Source of the DNA: Cyanophora paradoxa CCMP329
Lineage: Eukaryota; Plantae; Glaucophyta
Length of the DNA: 64,000 bases
Reading direction: 5' to 3'
NCBI GenBank assembly: GCA_004431415.1
Contig: QPMI01000267.1
Span: forward strand, 20,730 to 84,729
A program made the translations under genes and the position numbers. How positions within the stretch are numbered: position 1 is the first letter of the stretch; each line of letters begins with the position of its first letter. This document shows positions 54,901 through 64,000 of the stretch, in pieces. Below the pieces are notes generated by a model, which saw only the letters and a list, made by a program, of their open reading frames with translations, searched no databases and was not told the DNA's origin.

Positions 54901-56034
54901 TAATGCCCGACATCGTTTCCCTCCCAGCCGGCACATACAGTATTGGGATTGCGTCTCTCGCAGCACTGATATGGATTGGTATGATATCCTGCTTATCTAG
55001 AGCAGTTGTATAAACGCAGAGCTTGACGTTATTTGCTTGCTCGAATTTGGTGAACATCCTCGAGTCAAGCGGGGTCGGATATGTAAGCATTGAGCAGTCC
55101 AGCGATGTCTCGTGCTGGCGGTAGTTCCCTGCATGCCGAGAATCAACACCTTCGCCCAATGGATTGCGAGCAGCAAGGACTGCGTATTTAAAGCACTCGT
55201 TGTTCGGTGCATTTATATTGATAAGCGCGTGCTTGTCTGAGAGCCACTTTGGCAGTACAAAGCCTCGGCCACGGCCACCAATCCTGCGGAAATAGCGCAC
55301 AGTTTTAAAGACCAGATACACCCACGTGTCAAATACTGAGGAATCCCTGCTTTTCTCTGCCGAGATCATGTCTAATTCTTCGAGCTGTGAACGCAAGGCG
55401 CCTCAATGCTTGTCCCTGGCTCGATGCGATCGAAACGACGATGTTCAATAACGATAGCGATCGTAGAATCTGTCTCTGGCTTTCTGTAGACACCCAATCC
55501 AGAGATTTGTAGTGCAATGCCATTCTTACCGCCTCTGCAAGATTTACCTGGGCGCTTACGAATGATATAGCATTCTGTTTGAACTGCTCAGAATTCTCGA
55601 AGCGAGCTTGCATTGATGTTACGCGGCCAGAACCGCGAGGCAATTGGTATTTCCACTCCGCATATCGCCGTCAAGCGCTGTTGTAGTATTTCCGTCATTG
55701 ATTTGAACATCATTTCCACCGTCATCCTCAGGCAGCTCGGCAAAGCCACGGACGATCTCTGCCTGCACCTCTGCGATCGCCAGCTCTAGTCGACGACCTG
55801 ACACAGGACGCGCTGGCCTAGGAAGTCTTGCAAGTTCGTTCAAAAGTGAAGCGTACTTTTCCAAAGTTGCAAACCGTGTTCTCGACCCTTGTGCTGAAAT
55901 TCTAATCAATTTATTTTGAAAGCTCCATGTATGACGCGTCGATTATACAATGAAATCGCGAGCGCTTCGATCTGGTCTTTGATTCTGGCCAACCGGAAGC
56001 GCCGAGTCGCTGCATTATTTTGGGTAACGTCCAT
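51989..56034 (-). CDS. Protein-primed family B DNA polymerase (pPolB) with N-terminal terminal-protein region and Zn/EndoVII-like insert; multiple frameshifts
   Basis: NECFKYAV, GYADSET (ExoI), DHCH.SGRYFGAACRACN, HNGRGFDFH (ExoII), KGIYPYDY, YLDANNLYG, KLMNNSVFGKTMEN, GTDTDS, GLFKDE, C-terminal DTKR...DGINTRAIGHY. Confidence 0.96.
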
Positions 56035-56163
56035 TGGAAGTATATATCACAATTTTTTTGCTTGTTCCAAACGCAACTTCACATAGCAATATTGGAAAGG
56101 GATCTCTTTAAGACAAAATAAGAGAAACCTCAATTGCGGTGACCCTTTGGTGATTCAAAGACC

Positions 56164-56592
56164 GGCGCTATCATCCACACAGTATTATTGACTAACTAGA
56201 ACCTAAACTCGCATATGCAATCAGCTTCGATTATATAGTTTTATCGTCTAGCTAGAACCTGGAAACCTCTCCGCTATTTAGATAGGAAGAACACAGTATT
56301 AACGCCTAGCTGCTGATTAAGCTATCTCTGCAGACCGTCGCGTTGGGGGCCCGTCTCAAATCACTGCTATATCTTTTGCAAGATCGATTGGAGTAGACGT
56401 TAGATACTACCTAGTGGTTGCTGGATGGAAGGGGAGGTAGACCAGAGGGAGAGAAGGGCGGTAGACGTAGCGGAAGGGTTGGCGAGAGTGATGGCTGGGA
56501 AGACGCTGGATTGGGTGGGTTGGGGTGGGTTCGGAGAGGTGAGGGTGGTGAAGAGGGGTGGGCCACAGAATCAGGTCCTCTCTCATTTTTTT
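56164..56592 (-). repeat. Right terminal inverted repeat (429 bp)
   Basis: Reverse complement of 45548-45974; followed by TSD CGCGCC. Confidence 0.97.
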
Positions 56593-57018
56593 CGCGCCCG
56601 CATCCGCGGCGACAAGGCCCGCGAGGCCGCCGAGCGAGCAGCCCGTGCCCGTGCTGCCGCCGCCGCCCAGGAGACCCAAGCCGAGGCGGCCGCCGGCGAA
56701 ACTGAAGGTGCTCCCGCGCACCCCGGCTCTGGAGCCTCGGCGGCGCCGGCGCCGCCATCGCAGTCCAGCCCGTCTGTGGGGGCCGGCTTGCTCTCAACGA
56801 AGCCCGGGTGCCCCCCAACCACCCCTTCCGGGCCCGCAAGCTCGGTCAGGCGTGCATCCTCCGCGGCCGCCGCCCCTGTTGGAGACCCCAAGGCCGCCCT
56901 GCAGTCGCAACCGCAACCCGGACGCAGCGATGAAGTGCGGCACTTGCACCCTCACCGGCCTCTCCACGGCGACGTAGTGTCACCCGTGGCGCCGGCCGTT
57001 CCTGTCACGTCCCACTGA
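56593..57018 (+). CDS. Displaced 3' end (~140 codons) of the DUF4062/NTPase gene
   Basis: Removing the element and one TSD joins YVEQLRA to RIRGDKAREAAERAARAR...VTSH* in frame. Confidence 0.8.
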   Translation, partial: RARIRGDKAREAAERAARARAAAAAQETQAEAAAGETEGAPAHPGSGASAAPAPPSQSSPSVGAGLLSTKPGCPPTTPSGPASSVRRASSAAAAPVGDPKAALQSQPQPGRSDEVRHLHPHRPLHGDVVSPVAPAVPVTSH

Positions 57019-57449
57019 CATTTAGATGGATACCATGCCGGCCGTGTGCCAATTTTATACATAAAGCAGAGCTGCAGCGCGCTAGCGCCAGCGCTAGCGC
57101 TAGCTGCAGGCTGCAGCTGCAACCGGCCGCCCTTGGCGAACGAAGTCTTCCCCCCCCCCCCACCTGCGAAGGCAGGTGGGGTATGCCAGCCCATCAGATG
57201 AAGTTCGTGCAGATGAAGCCGGTCACCTCACTCCGACCACGCGGCGCCATGTGAGTACGGTCAGTCGAACCGAGCTTCTGGCGGTCCAGTTCGCAGTCGC
57301 CTGCGTCCCATCTAGATCTTGATCAACAAGCGTGCGCGTTCGGGCTCGCATACGGCGTCGACGACACTCTGCCTATTAAGCTAGTTTCGCCCCAGCAACT
57401 CTTCGGGCCCGCTGCAGCGCCCTGCGCAGCGTCTGCAGTGCCCTGCACC

Positions 57450-60400
57450 ATGGGCGGCGACCCTGACAACGTCGCCGGCGGGCCGGCGGCGGCCGCCCGC
57501 TTGACCGCGCGGCTCAAGCAGCCTGCCGCCGGGCAGGAGCGTCCGGTCGCCGCGGACGGCCTCGACCTCCTCGAGCTGACCTTCGACTTCGGGGGCGCCT
57601 CGGAGGCCGAGCTCCCGGACGTCCGGCTGCTCATCCTCGCGGACCACTCGGGCTCGATGGCCGGCTCTTGGGAGCGCAACGTCGTCCCCGCGATCAAGTG
57701 CGCATCGCCATCGAACGCGCCCGCCCCTCTGATCATGAGGCGGCGGCAGGTACGTGTACGAGCAGGCGATGCAGGCGGGGAACGTGCACCTCACGCTCGT
57801 CACCTTCAACGACAAGGCCAAGGTCGTGGACTCGGACGCCTTCCTCTCCGAGCTCGAGAAGACGCGCGCGTCCGGCGGGACGCACTTCGGGGCCGCCTAC
57901 GAGCGCGTCCTCGAGGTCCTCGAGGCCGACAAGGCGGAGCTCGAGCACCCCGCGCACCCCGTCTCCCTCGTCCTCGCCCTCTTCACCGGTCCCCGCCCCC
58001 GCCCCGCCCCGCCCGCCACGCCACGCCGCCGGCCGAGGCGCGGCGCAGACGGGCAGGACGGGCAGCGCGCGGCGTCGAAGCGCTCGTTCGAGAAGCTGCA
58101 GGCCCGCCTGCGCGCCCTCGGCCCCGGCGTGCCCTCCGTCTGCCACTGCATCGGCTTCACCTCGTGCGCACGCCCGCCGCCCCCGCCCGCGCACGCCGGC
58201 GCCCCCGCCGACCGGCGCCCCGCCCGCCCCGCCCGCCCAGGAGCATCGACATGCCCCTGCTCGACGTGAGCCGCCGGCCCGCGCGCCGCGCCGAAGAACG
58301 CGCGGCAAAAACTGAGGCGGGGGCGGCAGGGGATCCGGCAGGGCCTGGGGACGCAGGCGGGTGAGTTCCAGTTCGCGGCCGCCGACGAGGCGGAGGGCCT
58401 CAAGGAGCGCCTCGAGCTCGTGCGCCCGCCCCGTCCGCCCGCCCCGCCCGCCCGCCCGGCCTCACGCCCCGCAGCTGGTGCACGTCGCGGCCCTGGGCCC
58501 CGCCGCCCAGCGCGCCGCCCGCGCCACCGTCTCCCTGGAGGGTTACACCATCGTCGAGGAGAGCCTGGTGGCGCCCTCGGCGGGGGCGACGGCGACGCGC
58601 GAGCTCCGCCCCGACGCCCGCGGCGCCGCCTCCCTCGCCCTCACCGTCCGCCGCAACCCCGCCACCCGTGCGCCCCCGCCCCCGCCCCCGCCCCGGCCCC
58701 GCGCCACCGCCCCCGTGACCCGGCGGCAGCGGCGGACACGCCGCTGCTCGTTCAGGCGGTGCTGAGCGGCGAGGCGGGCCCCGCGGAGCTCTCCTGCCTC
58801 GCCGAGCCCGACGGCGCCTCCACGCCCTTCGCCCTCGCCAACGTGCGCCCCGCCCCGCCCCGCCCCGCCGGGCCGCCGGGCCGCGGGGCCGACGGGGCGG
58901 GGCAGCTGGGCCTGCTGGTGTGCGATGCGCGCATCGAGGCGCTGGGCCGCTCGTGCGCGGGCGTCAAGGAGGGGGCCCCCCTCGTCCCCGACTGGGCGGA
59001 GCGCCTCAAGGGCCTCGCCGCGGCGGTGGCGGGGGCCAAGCAGCCGCAGCAGCTGCGGGCGCTCGGCAACCGCAGCCACGCCCGCGCCGCCGTCCTCGAG
59101 CTCGCCGACTCCCTCACCAAGCAGGCCCGCCCCGCCCGCCCCGCCCCCGCACCGCACCGCACCGCCCGCAGCTGACGCCCCGGCAGGTCTCGCGCCTGAT
59201 GGAGTCCCTCACGGCGCTCGTCGCCGGCTCCTCCTCCACCGGAGACCGCGCCCGCATGGCCGAGGCCCGCCCGCCCCGTCGCCGCCCCGCCCCGGCCCGG
59301 CCCTGACGCCGCCGGCAGATCGCGTACGGGGCGACCTTCGCCAAGGCGCGGCGGGCGCGCATGATGTCCACGATGGCGATCCGCAACGCGGCGGCGGCCG
59401 ACGCGCTGGAGGCGCGGCTGAAGGCCTTCTCGACGGACCTGGACCGCGTGGGCAGCGTGCCGGCCGAGTCGCTGGCGCTCTTCCGCTGCTCGCTGACGAC
59501 GTGCGGGTGGGTGGACCTGCTGCTCGGCGCCGAGGGCCCCGGCGGCGCCGAGGGCGCCGAGGAGCGCGACATCCTCGGCTTCGGGGTGGCCGTCGGGCGC
59601 CCCGAGCACGTCGTCGACGACCCCAACCACCTCCGCATCTACGCCGTCTCCGTCCGCCCGCCCCGCCCCGCCCCGCCCCGCCCCGCCCCGCCCTCCCCGG
59701 GCGCCGGCGAGCGGGGGAGGGGCCACAGAGCACGCTGGCGGCGCGCACGGCGTTCATGGACGCCGTCAAGTTCGGGATCGAGGTGAAGGGCGCGGAGGCG
59801 ACGCACGGCGGCTTCCGCCTGGGCTCGGCGGAGGCGGGGCCCCGCGGCGTGGCCTTCACGGGGATCGCCCGCGAGCCCGTGAACGCGTGGATGCCGCTCT
59901 TCATCGCCCCCGCCCACTGGGAGCTCGCGCGCCTCCTCTGGAAGCCCTCCCTCGCCTACTTCGTCACCCTCAACCCCGTCCGCCCCGGCCCCGCCCCGCC
60001 CCGTCCCAGGCCCCCGCCGCGCGCCTCTGACGGGCCGTCCGGGCGTGCAGATGGCGTACGGGGAGAAGCAGGGGGACGCGGCGCTGCTGCTGCTGGGGAC
60101 GATGGCGACCCGCGCGCGGCAGCCGTCCGAGCGCGAGGCGGCGCTCCTCTTCGCCTACCTCCGCACCGCGGCGGCGGCCGCCCAGGACCCCGAGACCGGC
60201 ATCGGCGAGCGCGCCCGCGCCATGCTCGCCCGCTTCCTCCGCGACGCCAAGAGCGTCCAGAGTGCGCCCCGCGCCCCACGCCTCGCACCCTGCCCCTCGC
60301 GCTCGAGCTCGGGGCCGACGGGCGGGGCCGGCAGACCTCGTGTCGCTGCTGGGGGCGCTGCTGGCGCTGCCCGACGAGGAGCTGGCGGCGCTGGTGCCGG

Positions 60401-62269
60401 ACGCGGCGGCCGAGGCCTGGCTCTGGGAGACCTTCGTCTGCGAGGCCCTCCGCCGCTCCGTCTACTCCCTCTTCGCCCCTGTCCGCGCCGACCGCGACAA
60501 GCGTGACGACCAGACCGGCTACGCGCACCGCCTCGGCGCCCTCGTCGACGCCCTCCTCGCCGGCGACCCCGCCCTCGCCGCCGCCGGCCCCGAGCAGGCC
60601 CCGGCGCTCGCCCCCGCCCGCTTCCCCGCGGTGGCGGAGGCGCTCCCGGCGGCGCTGGACGCGCTGCACGAGTCGCGCATGGCGGCGCTGGCGGAGGGGG
60701 ACGGGTCGGAGGCGGAGGCGGAGGCGGCCTTCGCGGCGCGGGCGCGGGCGCTGCTGGTGAGCCCCGAGGCCCTGCGCGAGGCGCAGCGCTCGGCCTACGA
60801 GAAGTCCGCCGGCGCCTCTTTCGAGGCCTACGCCGACGCCTCCTACAAGCGCTACTACAAGGCCCGCCCCGCCCCGCCCCGCCCTGCCCCCGGCCCGCCC
60901 CGCCTGAGGCCGGCGCAGAAGGAGCGGCGGGTGGTGCGGCGCCTGGGCCGCTCGACGCGCATCTTCCAGGCCTGGGAGGGCGAGGACGAGGTCCGCCCCG
61001 CCCGCCCCCGCCCGCCCGGCGCCGCCGACCCCGCCGCAGAGCTCGCCCCTGCGCGCCGAGTGGCGCGAGTACCTCCGCGCCACCATGGCCTACGCCGCCG
61101 CCGCCTCCGCCGCCTCCCCTGCCACCCCACGGCCCCTGCAGCGGTCCCGCAGCGGCCTCCGCAGCGGCGCCCGCCCCGGCAGCCGACGCGCAGCCGGCGG
61201 CCGGCCCGTCGGAGGCGGCGGGCGGCGCCGGGGCGGCTGAGGGCGGGGCGGGGGCGGCGCGTGCGCACGCGTGGGCGTGGCTGGCGGCGCGCTTCAACGA
61301 GCGGGGCATCCCGATGCTGGGCCAGATCCTCTCCGCCCTCACCGTCCTCGGCGCCTGGCGCCGCATCGCCCGCGCCGCCGGCGGCACGGCCGCCGCGTAC
61401 GCCGTACTCGACGGCAACGGGGGCGTCGCCCCGGCGGCCTGGGTGGGGGCCCTGCGGGAGGCCCTCGCGGAGCGGGAGGCGGCGCCGGAGGACTTCCGCA
61501 CTCTCTTCGGCCTCCTCGGCTGGGCCCTCCCCGAGGAGGCCCTCCCCGCCGCCCCCGCCGCCCCGCCACCTTCGCCTCCCGCTGGTGGACCCTCTACTCC
61601 CACGGTGCCCCGGCCCCGCCCCGCGGGCCCCGCCCCGCCCCGCCGGCCCCGCTGACGTCGGCACCCCCGCAGAGGAGGCGGGCGCCGTGAAGGCGGGGGC
61701 GGAGGCGGCGGGGGCGGCGCGGGCCGTCGTCGTGCACGCCACCCAGATGAACGTGCGCGCCCCGCCCGCCGCCTCCCGCCGTGCCGGGGCCGACGCGGGG
61801 GCCCCGGCAGGTGACGCTGCAGATGATCGAGCTGGAGAAGGACGCGGCGTACCGCAACCCCGTGCGAGACCCGGCGGGGTACCTCGCCTACGTGGCGGCC
61901 CTGCGCGCGCGGGAGGCGCGCGCGGCGTACGAGGCGCGCAAGGGCCGGGCGCGCGACGAGGCGCTGATGTCGGCGATGGAGCGGACGCGGGAGCTGGCGG
62001 CCTTCGCGGGGATGGTGCGCGAGCTGACCCCCTACCGCGCCCACAAGAAGTTCACGGCCCTCCTCGAGCGCTTCGCCACCCCGGGGGCGGCCGCCATGCC
62101 CCTCGGCCCCGCCAAGCTCCGCCTCCTCCTCTCCGGCGTCTACGAAGAGGGCGGGCTGGCGGCCCCCATCCTGGATGCCGGGCGCCCCTGGGCCCCCGCC
62201 CGGCCCCTCGCCGCCAAGCTCGCCGCCACCTGGGGCGCCGCCGCCTCCGCCCCCGTCGCCGCCGCCTGA
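57450..62269 (+). CDS. von Willebrand factor A domain protein with long uncharacterised C-terminal region, many short introns
   Basis: LLILADHSGSM (MIDAS DxSxS), LVTFND, SGGTHFGAA, LALFT|DGQD, HCIGFT; downstream RPEHVVDDP, HGGF, REPVNAWMPLFI; stop at 62269. Confidence 0.88.
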
Positions 62270-63353
62270 GCGCCCCACTCGCGCGGCCTTTCGAATTCAC
62301 CTCGCTGTAGACCACTTTCACGCGGCATTCGCCGCTTTCAGATTCAATTCGAAGCTCCGGCGTCGACGTCCTCGCGCACCATCTTCTCATACTGCAGTAC
62401 TTCGCCTGCCAAAGGTCTTTGTAAGTCTCCCGCAAGACTGTAAATAATGTAGTTAGATTTGCATATGCGCTCTCAGTCGCGCTCTCAGTCTCACAGTCGA
62501 ATATATTGCAATCGATTTGTGTTTTCATTTTTGTAAATGTGTGTTTTTGTCACAGTGTGTTCCAATCTTATCGATCATGATCATAGTATCCTGACAAAGA
62601 ACGGAACTTCGGAGCGCGGCGTTGCCGCCGTGCGAACTTCGGGATTCGAAGTTGCGCGCTGCGCTGCTACCGTAGTACCGTCGCGTGATCGCCGAGACGC
62701 GTACGGTTCAACGGTTTAACCAGTAATATAACTCGCAGAGTCTGGACTGCCGCGCGCAGTGCCAGGCTGCATTTGCAATTGCAACGGTTACTAAGTTATA
62801 ATTAACACCACACGTACACTGTGACTCGTGCCACGTGTGACACTCAGGGCCAAATTGCCAGCAAGTTGCAACCGGTACCGAGTGTCTCGTCATGCGCATG
62901 CATCCTGTGGCCGCCGGCCGCGGGCAGCACTGGCAGGAGCCTCATGATCATGATCAGCTGCAGGAGCCTGGGCCCCGGGCCCGTCGGCCCGGGCCAGAAA
63001 TCCGAAGTTCGAAGCCAGCAAATGCAATTGCATTTCTCGTGCATGGGCCAGAGCATTTCAAATTCAGGTGGGCTTGAAGGTGGAAAACGCGGCTCTGGCG
63101 GGGGGGGGGGGGGGGGGGGGGGGGGGAGGGGGGGGGGGGGAGGGGGGGCTCGCGATCGCGATGATCGAATCGCGATCGACCGCGGGGCGGCACGCGCGAC
63201 GATGTCGAGAGGGGCGCGGGGCCCCGTCAGGGCGGGACGCCGGCGGCGGCGTGGAGCCGCGGGGCTTCCTCCAGCCGCCTCCCCTCCTGCCCCCGGCCGC
63301 GGCCCTCGGCGCCGCCCCGGGAGAGGGAGAGGGGGGGGGGGGGGGGGTGGGAC

Positions 63354-64000
63354 TCACGGCGGCGTCCCGGGCCTCGTCGTCGAGCTGCCAGAGGCCCCCG
63401 CCCAGCGGACGGCGGGGTACGCGGCGCGCAGGGCGGCCGGCGGGGCGCGCACGCCGCTCCCGAAGACGTTCGCCTCGCGCAGCTCGGGAGCCCCGCCAGC
63501 AGCCCGTGCAGCGCCTGCGCACGTGCACCCCGCCGGCCTCGCAGGGCGCCGGGGCGGGCGGGGCGGGGCGGGGCGGGCGCGCCTCGTCGGAGAAGAGGGG
63601 GCACGCCGCGAACGCCACGCGCCGCAGGCCGCGGCAGAAGAGCCCCAGCAGCGCCGGGCCCGCCCCCGAGCCCGCGCCGCCCCGGCCCCGGCCCCAGGTG
63701 GCAGGGCGGGGCGGGGCGGGGCGGCTTGGGGCGGGCGCCGGGGCGGGCGGGCGGGGCGGGGCGCCGCCGACGCCGGCGCCGACGAGGACGCAGTAGGACA
63801 TGGAGAGGGACTGCGGGGGCGGCGGGGGGGGGGGGCCTCAGCGGCGCCTCAGCGGGCGGGGGCGGGGCGGGGTAAAGGCGGACGCGGAGGCGGGGGAGGG
63901 CGGCGAGGGAGAGGAAGGCGGCGTCGGTGAGGGCCGCGCACCACGAGAGGTCGAGCTCCTCCAGGCCCCCGCAGCAGCGCGCCAGCGCCGCCACCGTCCG
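63354..64000 (-). CDS. 3' part of a cysteine-containing LRR (FBXL-like) protein; continues past the window, stop position uncertain
   Basis: ALARCCGGLEELDLSWCAALTDAAFLSLAALPRLR, SLSMSYC, FCRGLRRVAFAACPLFSDE, GLPELREANVFG. Confidence 0.8.

Larger units (their letters stand above)
45548..56592. mobile_element. Polinton/Maverick-like endogenous dsDNA virus, 11,045 bp, apparently complete
   Basis: ~428-bp TIRs, 6-bp TSD CGCGCC (45542-45547 and 56593-56598), abrupt GC drop, intronless pPolB, integrase, ATPase and two capsid genes. Confidence 0.97.

Noticed and set aside
63098-63148. Long poly-G tract as telomeric or functional repeat
   Set aside because: Simple homopolymer with unreliable length in this assembly; no telomere unit.

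Overview
Eukaryotic (protist/algal-type) nuclear DNA with very GC-rich, intron-dense genes. Introns are mostly about 50-70 nt with GTGCGC or GCCCGC donors. From left to right: (1) a tandem array of ~1.45-kb units (1-7546), each with a candidate structured RNA ending in a T-run; (2) host genes: an EF-1B beta/delta with an unusual N-terminal RIIa/Dpy-30-like domain, an unknown coiled-coil gene, VPS4, a micro-exon-rich SDR, an LRR gene, a very long multi-block low-complexity gene, an F-box/LRR gene, focadhesin/RST1, a 241-bp CACAG-type MITE, a B12D/NDUFA4-like gene and a DUF4062 + P-loop NTPase gene; (3) a complete 11,045-bp Polinton/Maverick-like endogenous virus (45548-56592); (4) a VWA-domain gene and the 3' part of an LRR gene. 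The viral element has ~428-bp TIRs, a 6-bp TSD and genes for pPolB, rve integrase, A32 ATPase, major and minor capsid proteins and an HNH-AP2 nuclease, with no recognisable protease. It sits inside a coding exon of the DUF4062 gene. Sequence-wide oddities are alternating 100-200 bp G-rich/C-rich blocks that even set synonymous codon choice, frequent GC-AG introns, and fold-back micro-insertions that may explain the palindromic microsatellites in intergenic DNA. All calls come from reading motifs by eye; no database searches were run.
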